A stretch of 64,000 nucleotides of DNA from an uncultured Solirubrobacterales bacterium (GTDB taxonomy: Bacteria; Actinomycetota; Thermoleophilia; Solirubrobacterales; 70-9), in assembly GCA_963802935.1 (NCBI GenBank), contig CAWDKO010000009.1:45297-109296 (forward strand). Direction: 5' to 3'. Under the pieces are notes generated by a model that did not search any database, was not told the DNA's origin, and saw nothing but the letters and a program-made list of their open reading frames with translations. Made by a program: the position numbers and the translations under genes. Positions 35,789-46,641 of the stretch are shown here, piece by piece; the first letter of the stretch is position 1, and the number at the start of each line of letters is the position of its first letter.

Positions 35789-38435
35789 ATGAAGGCACAG
35801 GAGATCCGCGACACCTATCTCTCCTTCTTCGCGGAGCGGGGCCACAGGATCGTCCCCTCAGCCTCGCTGGTTCCATCGGTGCACGACCCCTCCGTGCTGC
35901 TTACGACGGCCGGCATGCAGCCGTTCAAGTCCTACTTCCTCGGCCGCGAGAAGCCCCCCGCGCCGCGCCTCGCCGACGTGCAGAAATGCTTTCGCACCAC
36001 CGACATCGAGGAGGTCGGCAAAACCGCCCGCCACATGACCTTCTTCGAGATGCTCGGCAACTGGAGCTTCGGGGACTACTTCAAGGCGGAGTCGATCCCC
36101 TGGGGTTGGGAGCTCTCGACGCAGGGATTTGGGATGGACCCGGAGCGAATCTGGGTCACGGTCTTCGGCGGCGATGAGGAGCTCGGCCTCGGGCCCGACG
36201 AGGAGGCGATCGCACTCTGGGGCGCGATTGGCGTTCCCGACGAGCGGATCGTCCGGCTCGGCCGCGAGGACAACTTCTGGCAGGCCGGCCCGACCGGCCC
36301 CTGTGGCCCCTGCTCGGAGCTCTACCTCGACCGCGGTGAGACCTTCGGGGCTGCCGGCGAGCGCCCCGGCGACGATAGCGACCGTTTCCTCGAGTTCTGG
36401 AACCACGTCTTCATGAGCTACGACCTGGCCGCGGACGGCAGCCTCACCGGGCTGCCGATGCGCAACATCGACACCGGCATGGGCCTGGACCGGATGGCAG
36501 CGGTCCTCCAGGACGTGCCCTCGGTCTTCGAGACCGACCACGTGCGGCCGCTGGTCGACCTCGCCGAGGAGCTCTCCGGCCGCCGCTACGACGAGGGCGG
36601 CGCGGTGACGCGGGCGATGCGGATCGTCGCCGACCACGCCCGCGGCGCCACCTTCCTGATCGCCGACGGCGTCGTCCCCTCCAACGAGGACCGCGGCTAC
36701 ATCCTGCGCCGGATCATGCGGCGGGCGATCCAGCAGGGCCGCACGCTGGGCCTGGAGGCGCCCTGGCTGGGCCGCTTCGCCGAGCGCACCATCGAGCTGA
36801 TGGGGAGCACGTATCCGGAGCTGGGAGCCGAGCGCGAGATGATCGCGCGCTGGGTCGGCGACGAGGAGGAGAGCTTCGGCCGCACCCTCGAGCGCGGCAG
36901 CGAGCTGTTGGAGCAGCTGGTGGTCGGAGCGAAGGAGGTGGGCACCTCCTGGATCGATGCCGCCGACGCCTTCAAGCTGCACGACACCTACGGCTTCCCC
37001 TACGACCTGACCAAGGAGCTGCTGGCGGAGCAGGGGCTCTCGGTCGACGACGGCGGCTTCGAGGAGCTGATGGAGGAGCAGCGCCAGCGCGCCCGCACGG
37101 GCGCCGCCACCGCGCACGGGTCCGAGAACACGCACGAGCGCGTCGCCGCCTTCGCCGCCGCTGCGCCGCCGACCCGCTTTGTCGGCTACGAGACGCTGCG
37201 CGCGACCACGGGGCTCGCCGCGGTCGCGGGCGACGACGGCCGCGCGCTGGTCAAGCTCGAGGAGAGCCCTTTCTACGCCGAGGGCGGTGGTCAGGTCGCC
37301 GACTCCGGTGTGCTGCGCTGGGGCGAGGCGGAGGCACGCGTGCTCGACGTCTATCGAGTTGGCGAAGACCAGGCGCTGGAGATCGAGACCGATGGCAGGG
37401 AGATCGAACCCGATGTAGCTGTCGAGGCTGAAGTCGACCACAGGGCGCGCTACGCGACGATGCGCAACCACACCGCGACCCACCTCCTCCACGCCGCCCT
37501 GCGTGAGCGGCTCGGGACTCACGTGCGCCAGGCGGGCTCGGCGGTCCGGCCCGACAAGCTGCGCTTCGACTTCACCCACGGACAGGCACTCAGCCCCGAG
37601 GAGCTGCGCGCCGTCGAGGACCGCGTCAACGAGTGGGTCAAGGAGAGCCGGCCGGTGCGCTGGCTCAACATGGACCGGGCGGAGGCGGAGCGAGCTCGGC
37701 GCGATGGCGCTGTTCGGCGAGAAATACGGCGAGTGGGTGCGGGTGGTCGAGGTCGACGGCGTCTCCCGCGAGCTCTGCGGCGGCACCCATGTGGCCAATA
37801 CCGGCGAGGTCGGCATCTTCAAGATCTCCTCCGAGGGCTCCAGCGCCGCCAACGTGCGCCGGGTCGAGGCGATCACCGGTCCTGCCGCGATTGACTTTTT
37901 CCGCGAGCGCGAGTCGCAGTTGCGCGAGGCGGGGGAGCTGCTCGGCAACCCGCAGGACCCGCTCGGCGGCGCGCGGCGCGCGGCGGAGAAGCTGAAGGAG
38001 GCCGGGGCCGGCGAGCAGAAAGCCGCGGCGGAGGCACTCGGCCAGGAGGCGAACGACCTGGCCGCTGCCGCGGTCGACCTGTCGTACGCGGATGACCCCG
38101 GACGGTTCGCGCTGGTGGCGGCGAAAGCATCGAGCGCGAGCGACTCGAAGCAGCTGCTTGACCTCGCCAACCGCGTGCAGTCCAAGCTCGGCGGCCCCGC
38201 CGTGGTCGTCCTCGGCGGCGCTTTCGGCGCGAAAGCAGGCCTCGTCGCCCTGGTTTCCAGGGATCTGGTGGAGCGCGGTCTCTCCGCCGCCGATCTGATC
38301 CGCGAGGCGGCGCCGATCATCGGTGGTGGCGGCGGCGGTCGCGACCACATGGCGCAGGCCGGTGGCCGCGACCCCTCCAAGCTCGACGAGTCGCTGGCTG
38401 CTGCCCGCGCCGCGATCGAGCGGGAGCTCGGCTAG
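35789..38435 (+). pseudogene. alaS: alanyl-tRNA synthetase interrupted by one frameshift near 37690-37700
   Basis: Frame 2 ORF (35789..) carries the catalytic domain and HTATHLLH. Frame 0 ORF continues with GAMALFGEKYGEWVRVV..CGGTHV and the DHHA1 GGGGGRDHMAQAGG. Removing one base in GAGCGAGCTCGGC restores ...AEAERLGAMALF. Confidence 0.85.
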
Positions 38436-38444
38436 GCCTGGCCT

Positions 38445-38870
38445 GTGCGCGTGCTGGCCCTCGATCACGGCACCGCCCGCATCGGCTGCGCGATCTCCGA
38501 CCCGACCGGCACCTTGGCGACGCCGCTGCCGGTGATCGAGCCGCCGGAGGCGAAGCTGGTGGCTGAGATAGTCGCCGAGCACGGCGTCGAGCGGGTGGTG
38601 ATCGGGTTACCGCTGCACCTCAGCGGGGAGGAAGGGAGCCAGGCGGCGCTCGCGCGCAACTTCGGCGCCGAACTCGAAGCCATGCTCTCGATTCCCGTGG
38701 AGACCTACGACGAGCGCCTGACGACGCGGATGGCGGAGATGAGCCGCCGCGCCGGCGCCACCTCCGCGCCGGACTCGCTGGCGGCCGCGCACCTCTTGGA
38801 GGCTTATCTGGCGGGTGCGGCGGCGGTCGAAGAAGCCACGCCGAGGACGGCGGAGCCGGGCGATGAGTGA
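38445..38870 (+). CDS. ruvX: Holliday junction resolvase-like RuvX (YqgF)
   Basis: VLALDHGTARIGCAISD...VIGLPL...G motifs. Confidence 0.85.
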   Translation: MRVLALDHGTARIGCAISDPTGTLATPLPVIEPPEAKLVAEIVAEHGVERVVIGLPLHLSGEEGSQAALARNFGAELEAMLSIPVETYDERLTTRMAEMSRRAGATSAPDSLAAAHLLEAYLAGAAAVEEATPRTAEPGDE

Positions 38871-40288
38871 CGACTGGCTCGGCGGCGACCCGTTCGCCAG
38901 CCCCGACGATCCGGCCGCGCGCGAGCGCGAGCAGCGCCGGCGCGAGCGCGAAGAGCGGCGCCGTGGGCGCGAGGAGCGGCAGGCGAAAAAGGAGGAGGCT
39001 GCGGGGGGAGGTCCGGGGGATGGCTCGCCGTCGCAACAGCGGGGAGGCTCCGTCGAGCCATCCCCCGGATCTCCGCACGAACCGCCTGCTGCCGCGGAGT
39101 CGCTCTCGCGCACGTCCGAGGAGGAGTTCTGGGACGAGGCCCCGGAGCCGTCTGCCGCTGCGCCGCCGCTCGACGACGATGCTGCGTTCATGCGCAGCAA
39201 CGGCCGCGAGCCGCGCCGGCCGAGCGGCAGCGGCATGCTCGGCGCGCTGCGGCGCCATCCCTTCCGCATCTTCGCGGCGATCGCCGTCCTCTTTGTGCTC
39301 TGGTTCCTCTTCGCCCTCTTCCAACCCCTCCACGGCGACGGCTCCGGCAAGGTCGCGGTGACGATCCCGAAGGGCGCCAGCGTCAGCGAAGTTGGCGACC
39401 TGCTCGGCGAGAAAGGGGTGATCGACAGCTCGACCCTGTTCCAGATCCGGGTCACGATCGCCGGCAAGCGTTCCGAGCTCTACCCGGGCCGCTACACCCT
39501 GGCCGAGGGGATGTCCTACGGCGCCGCGATCGATGCCCTCTCTCAGCCACCGATCAAACGCACGGTCGCGGTCACGATCCCCGAGGGGTACAGTCGCGCC
39601 CAGGCGGCGCAGCTGGTCGAGGAACTCGGCCTCAAAGGCGACTACACCGAGGAGACGATCCGCTCGCGCTACCTCAACCCGGCCAAATACGGCGCCGAGG
39701 ACGCCGCCAACCTCGAGGGCTTCCTTTTCCCCGACACCTTCGAAATGAAGCCGAACGCGCCCGCGGCCGACCTGGTTCAGCTGCAGCTGGAGGATTTCAA
39801 GCGGCGCATCAAGGGCGTCGACATGGGCTACGCGCGCTCGAAGAACCTGACGGTCTACGACGTGCTGATCATCGCCTCGCTGGTCGAGGACGAGGCGGGG
39901 ATCCCGAGCCAGCGCAAGCAGGTCGCCGCGGTCGTCTACAACCGCCTGCGGGAGGAGATCCCGCTGGGGATCGACGCGACGATCCGCTTCGCGGTCGGCA
40001 ACTACACCCAGCCGCTGACCGAATCCGAGCTCGCGGTCGACTCGCCCTACAACACCCGCCTCAACTCCGGGCTGCCGCCCGGGCCGATCAACAGCCCCGG
40101 CCTCGAGGCGATCGAGGCCGCCGCGCACCCCGCCAGGAGCGACTACCTCTATTACGTGAACGAACCGGGGCACCTGCGGCAAGCTCGCTTTCTCGAAGAA
40201 CAACGCCGAATTCGAAGCCGATGTCGCTCGCTACAACGCGGCGCGCGAAGCGGCCGGCGGCAACGAGCCGGACACCTGCGGGGAGTAG
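38863..40288 (+). pseudogene. mltG: endolytic murein transglycosylase MltG (YceG-like) with low-complexity N-terminus; frameshift near 40167-40171
   Basis: TM FRIFAAIAVLFVLWFLFALF, YceG core (IIASLVEDEAG, YNTRLNSGLPPGPINSPG). After YLYYVNEPG the correct continuation TCGKLAFSKNNAEFEADVARYN..* is in the +1 frame and ends at TAG 40286. The track ORF instead reads through into aroE. Confidence 0.75.
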
Positions 40289-40290
40289 CG

Positions 40291-41136
40291 ATGCGGCGGC
40301 TGGCGGTCCTCGGTCACCCGGTCGCCCACTCGCGCTCGCCGGCGATGCAGAACGCCGGCCTGGCGGAGCTGGGCCTGGGAGGGGAGTGGCGCTACGAGGC
40401 GATCGATGTCGCCCCGGAGGCGTTCGCCGCGCGCGTGCACGCGATGCCGGGCGAGGGCTTCGTCGGCGCCAACGTCACCGTCCCCCACAAGGGGGCGGCG
40501 CTCGCCGTGGCCGACCTGCCGACCGAGATCGCCAGGGAGATCGGCGCCGCCAACACGCTGGCCTTCGCGGGAGGGCGGATCCACGCCCACAACACCGACG
40601 CGGGTGGCCTGATCGCCGCCCTCCCCGCCGACCCGCGCGGCCGCCGCGCCCTGGTTCTGGGTGCCGGCGGCGCCGCCCGGGCGGCCGCCTGGGCACTCGG
40701 CGCCGCGGGCGCGGGAGTCGACATCTGGAACCGCACCCCCGCCCGGGCGGAGGCGATCCGGATCGAGATGGCCACGGCCGAGGGCGAGTTCCGGATCGAG
40801 GTCCAGACGGTCCCGGGGGAGGCGCAGGCCGCCGCCACCGAGCTGGACCAGGGCGCCTACGAGCTGATCGTCAACACCACCGCCGTCGGACTGCACGGCG
40901 AGGACCCCTTCGAGCACCTGCCGCTGAGACGGGACGGGTTCGGCCCTGGTCAGGTGGCGGTCGACATGGTTTACGGGAACACGCCTTCGACGCTGCTGGC
41001 TGCTGCTGCTGCCGCCGGCGCAACGGTCGTCGACGGCATCGAGGTCCTCGTCCAGCAGGGCGCGCTCTCGCTGCAGCTCTGGACCGGCCGGGAGGCGCCG
41101 ATCGATGCGATGCGCGCCGCCGCCTACGAAAGTTGA
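40291..41136 (+). CDS. aroE: shikimate dehydrogenase
   Basis: LAVLGHPVAHSRSPAMQNA, GANVTVPHK, NTD, LGAGGAARA motifs. Confidence 0.85.
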   Translation: MRRLAVLGHPVAHSRSPAMQNAGLAELGLGGEWRYEAIDVAPEAFAARVHAMPGEGFVGANVTVPHKGAALAVADLPTEIAREIGAANTLAFAGGRIHAHNTDAGGLIAALPADPRGRRALVLGAGGAARAAAWALGAAGAGVDIWNRTPARAEAIRIEMATAEGEFRIEVQTVPGEAQAAATELDQGAYELIVNTTAVGLHGEDPFEHLPLRRDGFGPGQVAVDMVYGNTPSTLLAAAAAAGATVVDGIEVLVQQGALSLQLWTGREAPIDAMRAAAYES

Positions 41137-41195
41137 CGACTTTTACCCCCTATGGGGGGTCAACTCGTCAACTCTTGCCGTATAGCCTTGCTCGC

Positions 41196-42365
41196 GTGAC
41201 GACGTTCCGTTTCACCACTGCGGGGGAGTCGCACGGGCCCGGGCTCGTGGCGATCGTCGAGGGCGTGCCCGCCGGTCTCGAGCTCGACCGCGAGGCGCTC
41301 GACCGCGATATGGCGCGGCGCCAGCTCGGGCACGGCCGCGGCGGCCGCATGCGGATCGAGACCGACACTGCGGAGATCCGCTCCGGCCTGCGCCACGGCC
41401 GCACTCTCGGCAGTCCGATCGCGGTCCTCGTCGCCAACCGTGACTACGCCAACTGGGAGGAGCGCATGAACCCCTGGCCGGTCGAGGGGTTCGAGCCCGA
41501 CGAGGTCCACTTGCCCCGCCCGGGCCACGCCGACCTGGTCGGAGCCCAGAAGTACGGTCACACGGACATCCGCAACGTGCTCGAGCGCGCCAGCGCCCGC
41601 GAGACCGCCGCCCGCGTGGCCGCCGGCACGATCGCCCGCGGTTTCCTCACCGCGCTCGGGGTGGAGGTCCACAGCCACGTGACCCAGATCGCCTCGGTCA
41701 AGGCCGCCGAGCGCGACGACCTCGCCCCGGCCGATTTCGCCGGCGTCGACGACGACCCCGTGCGCTGCCTGGACCCGGACGCGAGCAAGGCGATGGTCGA
41801 GGAGATCAACCGCCTGCGCAAGGCCAACGAGAGCCTCGGCGGCACCTTCGAGGTGCGGGTCTTCGGGCTCGTTCCCGGGCTTGGTTCGCACATCTCTTGG
41901 GAAGATCGCCTCGACGGGCGCCTCGCCGGCGCCGTCGCCTCGATCCAGTCGGTCAAGGGCGTCTCGATCGGCGAGGCCTGGGACGTCGCCGGCCGCCCCG
42001 GCTCGGAGGCCCACGACGAGATCTTCTGGTCCGAGAAGGACGGCTACTTTCGCGAAACCAACCACGCCGGCGGGCTTGAGGGCGGGATGACCAACGGCCA
42101 GCCGCTCTCGGTGCGAGCGGCGATCAAGCCGATCTCGACCCTGACCAAGCCGCTGCGCTCGGTCGACACCGAGACCAAGCAGCCGGCGCAGGCGCTGCGC
42201 GAGCGCACCGACTCGACCGTGGTCCCGGCGGCCGCGGTAGTTGGCGAGGCGATGGTGGCGTTGACGCTGGCCCGCTGCTACCGCGAGAAGTTCGGCGGCG
42301 ACCACATCGACGACGTGCTCGCTGCGATCGCCGCCTACAAGCAGCGCATCGACTTCAGAGGGTGA
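41196..42365 (+). CDS. aroC: chorismate synthase
   Basis: FRFTTAGESHGPGLVAIVEG, RPGHAD, SARETA motifs; GTG 41196. Confidence 0.92.
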   Translation: MTTFRFTTAGESHGPGLVAIVEGVPAGLELDREALDRDMARRQLGHGRGGRMRIETDTAEIRSGLRHGRTLGSPIAVLVANRDYANWEERMNPWPVEGFEPDEVHLPRPGHADLVGAQKYGHTDIRNVLERASARETAARVAAGTIARGFLTALGVEVHSHVTQIASVKAAERDDLAPADFAGVDDDPVRCLDPDASKAMVEEINRLRKANESLGGTFEVRVFGLVPGLGSHISWEDRLDGRLAGAVASIQSVKGVSIGEAWDVAGRPGSEAHDEIFWSEKDGYFRETNHAGGLEGGMTNGQPLSVRAAIKPISTLTKPLRSVDTETKQPAQALRERTDSTVVPAAAVVGEAMVALTLARCYREKFGGDHIDDVLAAIAAYKQRIDFRG

Positions 42366-43900
42366 GCCAGGTGAGGCCGGCGCTGGTCTTCATCGGCTTC
42401 ATGGGCGCGGGCAAGAGCACCGCGCTGGACGCTGCGCGCCAAGCCGGTCTGGAGACGACGGAGATCGACGAGCTGATGGAGCGCGAGCTGGGGATGCCGA
42501 TTCGCGAGGCTTTCGAGCGCGACGGCGAGGAGGCGTTCCGCGCGCGCGAGGCAGAGGTCGTCGGCTCGCTGCTCGAGAACGCCGACGGCGGCGCGATCGC
42601 GCTCGGCGGCGGCAGCGTGCTCTCGGAGCGGATCCGCACCGCCCTCGATCGCCACGTCGTCGTCTGGCTCCGGGTCGACGCGCACGAGGCCTGGAAGCGG
42701 ATCGCCGGCAGCGACCGCCCGCTGGCAACCAGCGCCGAGGACGTGGAGCGGCTGCTCTCCAGGCGCGAACCGCTCTACGCGGAGCTGGCCGACGCGATCG
42801 TGCCGATGGGGGAGCGGGCGATGGTCTACCGCGCGATGCCGTCGCTCCAAGCCCTTCCCGATCTTCCGGCTGGGACCAGGCTGCTCTGGGCCGCGAGCAG
42901 CTCCGGTGAGTACCCGGTGCTGGTCGGGCGTGACCTGCTCGGCGCGGGATGGTGGCCCCTGGAGGGACGGCGCTTCTGCGTGACCCACCCGAGCGTGGCG
43001 CCGCTCTACGCCAACCGCATCGGTCCGCTGGTCGAGAGCGTCGAGGTCGAGCCGGGGGAGGCGTCGAAGTCGATGAGCGAGGCCGAGGACGTGCTGCGAG
43101 CCCTCGCCCGCGCCGGGATGACCCGCGAAGACCACCTGGTCGCGCTCGGCGGCGGCGTCGTCGGCGACCTCGCCGGCCTCTGTGCACACCTCTACCAGCG
43201 CGGCGTGCCGATCGTCCACCTGCCGACCACCCTGGTCTCCCAGGTCGACTCGGCCTACGGCGGCAAGACCGGCGTCGACCTGCCCGAGGGGAAGAACTAC
43301 GCCGGTGCGTACCACCTGCCGGCGGCTGTGATCGCCGACACGGGGACGCTGGCGACGCTCCCGCCCGAGGAGCTCGCGGCTGGCTTCGTCGAGGCGCTGA
43401 AGACCGGGCTGCTGGCCGGTGGGGCGCTGTGGGAGCGGGTGCGCGCGATCGAGGCGCTCGACGCGGGCGATCTCGACGACGTGGTCTTCGCCTGCGCCCG
43501 CTACAAGTGCGACGTGGTTGCCGCCGACGAGCGCGACGGCGGGCTCCGCCACGTCCTCAATCTCGGCCACACGGTCGGTCACGCAATCGAGGCCGCGACC
43601 GGCTACGAGCGTTACCGCCACGGTGAGGCGATCGGCCTCGGGCTGCTCGCCGCGCTGCGGCTCTCGGAGGCGCCGGAGCTGCGGGCGGAAACCGAAGAGA
43701 TCCTCGTCCGCCACGGTCTGCCCGTCCGCCTCGACCCCTCGGTAGTGCTCGACACCGTCATCGACGCCCTCCGGCGCGACAAGAAGCGCACCGCCGAGGG
43801 CGTTGGCTTCGTCCTCCTCTCCGAGCTCGGCCGGCCCCGGGTCGGGCAGCTGGTCGACCCGGCCAGGATTCGCGCCGCCGTGGAAGAGTTGTATCCATGA
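42362..43900 (+). CDS. aroKB: bifunctional shikimate kinase / 3-dehydroquinate synthase (single 512-aa ORF)
   Basis: N-terminal P-loop FIGFMGAGKST (AroK); C-terminal GGGVVGDLAG, LNLGHTVGHAIE (AroB). Confidence 0.88.
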   Translation: MSQVRPALVFIGFMGAGKSTALDAARQAGLETTEIDELMERELGMPIREAFERDGEEAFRAREAEVVGSLLENADGGAIALGGGSVLSERIRTALDRHVVVWLRVDAHEAWKRIAGSDRPLATSAEDVERLLSRREPLYAELADAIVPMGERAMVYRAMPSLQALPDLPAGTRLLWAASSSGEYPVLVGRDLLGAGWWPLEGRRFCVTHPSVAPLYANRIGPLVESVEVEPGEASKSMSEAEDVLRALARAGMTREDHLVALGGGVVGDLAGLCAHLYQRGVPIVHLPTTLVSQVDSAYGGKTGVDLPEGKNYAGAYHLPAAVIADTGTLATLPPEELAAGFVEALKTGLLAGGALWERVRAIEALDAGDLDDVVFACARYKCDVVAADERDGGLRHVLNLGHTVGHAIEAATGYERYRHGEAIGLGLLAALRLSEAPELRAETEEILVRHGLPVRLDPSVVLDTVIDALRRDKKRTAEGVGFVLLSELGRPRVGQLVDPARIRAAVEELYP

Positions 43901-44352
43901 GCACCACCCGCAACCGCGTCGCCGTGCTGCACGGCGTCAACTTCGACATCCTCGAGCGCCGCGATCCTGAGTTCTACGGCGGCAAGTCGCTGAGCGAGCT
44001 GGAGCACGAGGTCGAGGGCTGGGCGCGGGGGCTCGGCCTCGAACCGATCTTCTTCCAGACCAACCACGAGGGTGAGTTCGTCGAGTACCTGCACCGGCTG
44101 CCGGAGCTGGCCGACGCCGCCCTGGTCAACGCCGGCGCCTGGACCCACTACAGCCGCGCGATCGCCGACGCGCTCGACGTTGCTCGGCTGCCCGCGGTCG
44201 AGGTCCATCTCTCCGACGTCGAGAATCGCGACGGCTGGCGGCGGGACTCGGTTTTCGACGGTCTCGTCGTGGCGAAGATCTCCGGCAAAGGCGCTGCCGG
44301 CTATCGCGAGGCTCTGGGGTTGCTGGCTCGCGAGCTCGCCGCCGCCTCCTGA
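43897..44352 (+). CDS. aroQ: type II 3-dehydroquinate dehydratase
   Basis: VAVLHGVNFDILERRDPEFYG...FFQTNHEGE...NAGAWTHYS...EVHLSDV. Confidence 0.9.
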   Translation: MSTTRNRVAVLHGVNFDILERRDPEFYGGKSLSELEHEVEGWARGLGLEPIFFQTNHEGEFVEYLHRLPELADAALVNAGAWTHYSRAIADALDVARLPAVEVHLSDVENRDGWRRDSVFDGLVVAKISGKGAAGYREALGLLARELAAAS

Positions 44353-45410
44353 TGCGCGACCGCAGCGACCGCCTGGAGCAGCTGCTCGGCGAGCGCGAGC
44401 TGGAGCGGATGCTGGTCACCGACCTGACCAACGTCCGCTACCTCACGGGCTTCACCGGTACCAACGGTGCCTGCATCTGTGGTCCGGGAGTGCGCCTGTT
44501 TCTCACCGACTTCCGCTACACCGAGCGCGCTGCGGCCGAGGTCGAAGGTTGGGAGCCGGTCACCGTGGCCAAGGACTGGTTGGGTGGGATCGCCGAGCGG
44601 CTCGACGGCAAATTCGGCTTCGAGGACGATCAGATGTCGGTGCGGACGCTGGAGAAACTGAAGGAGAAACTGGCGGATGGCGCCGAGCCGGTCGCGGCGG
44701 GGGGGACGGTCGAGCGCTTGCGCCAGGTCAAGGACGACGAGGAGCTGGCGGCGATCGCCGCCGCCTCGGAGCTGACCGACGAAGTCTGGCGCTGGACGCT
44801 TGAACGTGGCCTGGCCGGGCGCCGCGAGCGCGAGGTCGCCCTGGCGGCCGAAGCGCGGATCCGCGAGCTCGGCGCCGAGCCGTCCTTCCCGGCGATCGTC
44901 GCTGCGGGCCCGAACGGCGCCCTGCCGCACGCTGAGCCGGGCGCGCGCGAAATCGGTCGCGGCGAGCTGGTCGTCTTCGATATGGGCGCGAAGCTCGACG
45001 GCTACTGCTCGGATGGCACCCGTACCTTCGCCTCCGGCGACCCAGGGGATGCCGCCCGCGAGGTCTACGAGGTGGTGCAGCGGGCGCAGGCGGCTGCGCT
45101 CGACGCGATCGCGGTCGGTACCAAGGGCGAGGCGGTCGACGCCGCCGCTCGCGAGGTCATCGACCAAGCCGGCCACGGCGAGCGTTTCGGCCACGCGCTC
45201 GGCCACGGAGTCGGGCTCGAGGTCCATGAGGGGCCGCGTCTCGCCCAGCGCTCCGACGACGTGCTCGAGCCGGGGGAGGTGGTGACGGTGGAGCCGGGCG
45301 TCTACCTGCCCGGCCAGCTCGGGGTGAGGATCGAGGATCTCGTCGTCGTCACCGCAGACGGTCACCGCAATCTCAGCGGTCTGCCCAAAGAGCTGCAGCT
45401 GGTCGACTGA
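44352..45410 (+). CDS. M24B-family Xaa-Pro aminopeptidase
   Basis: DMGAKLDGYCSD, HGVGLEVHEGP, VTVEPGVY motifs. Confidence 0.85.
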   Translation: MRDRSDRLEQLLGERELERMLVTDLTNVRYLTGFTGTNGACICGPGVRLFLTDFRYTERAAAEVEGWEPVTVAKDWLGGIAERLDGKFGFEDDQMSVRTLEKLKEKLADGAEPVAAGGTVERLRQVKDDEELAAIAAASELTDEVWRWTLERGLAGRREREVALAAEARIRELGAEPSFPAIVAAGPNGALPHAEPGAREIGRGELVVFDMGAKLDGYCSDGTRTFASGDPGDAAREVYEVVQRAQAAALDAIAVGTKGEAVDAAAREVIDQAGHGERFGHALGHGVGLEVHEGPRLAQRSDDVLEPGEVVTVEPGVYLPGQLGVRIEDLVVVTADGHRNLSGLPKELQLVD

Positions 45411-45448
45411 AATTCAAGGCCAGATCTGGCAACGCCGATGAGCGGGGC

Positions 45449-46540
45449 ATGCTCTGGACTTCCCAGACCCTGGTCGCGCGGCCGGTGAGCCCGCGATCGC
45501 GCCGACGCCCTGCGGCCGAGACGCTGGTCTCGATCCACGAGGAGGCGAGGCGTGAGCGTCTACTCGACATGGAGACGCGGGTGCGGCGCTACCGCACGGC
45601 GTGCTTCGCGATCCTCGCTGTCTCGATCGCTCTAGGAGGATCGTCGGATGTCGGCTGGTGGTGGGTGGTGCCGATGGCGGCCGGCCTTGCCGGCTTCGCC
45701 GTTGCTGATCGCTTCATGCGGGCCAGCCAGCATCCCGCGATCTGGGTGGCGGGGGCATGGGCCGCGCTGCCCGCCTTGCTGGCTGCCGCTGCCCTGCTGA
45801 CGGGCGGTGCCACCAGCCCGGTCCTGGTCTGGTTCGCGCTGCCCGCCGTGACCCTCGGCTTCCGCTTCGAGCCGCGCGGGATGGTGCTCGGCACCACCTA
45901 CGTGATCGCGATGTTCCTGGCCTGCACGGTTGTCCCCGACCCTGCGGCGGCGCTGGAGCACCGCCAGGCGCTGATTGCCATTGCCGCCCTGATCCTCAGC
46001 ACCGTGATCCTTACCGGGGCCCTGGTCGAGTCGGAGCAGGCGCACCGGCGACGCTCGACGCTCGATCCGCTTACCGGCCTCTTCAACCGCAACGCTCTGG
46101 AGCAGCGGCTCTCGGAGCTGAACGGCCAGCCCTGCGACCTCGACGAGGGTCTCTCGCACGCCCTGCTGCTCTGCGACCTCGACCACTTCAAGCGCGTCAA
46201 CGACCAGCTCGGGCATGCCGCCGGCGACGCGGTCCTGCAGGACGTCGCCTACACGATGCGGTCGGCGCTGCAGGCGGGCGACACTATCTACCGCGTGGGC
46301 GGCGAGGAGATCCTGGTGATCCTCCCCGGTGCCGGTCGCGAGGACGCGATCGAGATCGCCGAGCGGTTGCGCCAGGAGGTCCACGACCGCCGCCCGGTCG
46401 GCGTGCCGGTCACGGTCAGCATCGGCGTCGCCGTCTCCGAACCGGACCGGGTCGACACCGACGACCTCGTCGCCCGCGCCGACGCCGCGCTCTACGCCGC
46501 CAAGGCCAGCGGCCGCGACACGGTTTTCGTCGACAGCTAG
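45449..46540 (+). CDS. membrane-anchored diguanylate cyclase (GGDEF domain, GGEEI variant)
   Basis: About 5 N-terminal TM segments, DPLTGLFNR, DLDHFKRVND, RVGGEEILVILPG; start may be the internal Met (METRVRRY). Confidence 0.8.
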   Translation: MLWTSQTLVARPVSPRSRRRPAAETLVSIHEEARRERLLDMETRVRRYRTACFAILAVSIALGGSSDVGWWWVVPMAAGLAGFAVADRFMRASQHPAIWVAGAWAALPALLAAAALLTGGATSPVLVWFALPAVTLGFRFEPRGMVLGTTYVIAMFLACTVVPDPAAALEHRQALIAIAALILSTVILTGALVESEQAHRRRSTLDPLTGLFNRNALEQRLSELNGQPCDLDEGLSHALLLCDLDHFKRVNDQLGHAAGDAVLQDVAYTMRSALQAGDTIYRVGGEEILVILPGAGREDAIEIAERLRQEVHDRRPVGVPVTVSIGVAVSEPDRVDTDDLVARADAALYAAKASGRDTVFVDS

Positions 46541-46641
46541 GGCGAGTCCCACAAGGGGTTCGAACAACAGAAGCTCACGGGAGACGCTCGGTGACTGTCC
46601 CACGGGGACGGTCTGGTCATGTCGTCTTCAGCCCAGCTTCC

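Noticed and set aside
40221-42365. 714-aa ORF apparently preceding and including chorismate synthase
   Set aside because: Its first 325 or so codons are an out-of-frame reading of aroE and the spacer. The real aroC starts at GTG 41196 (VTTFRFTTAGESHG).
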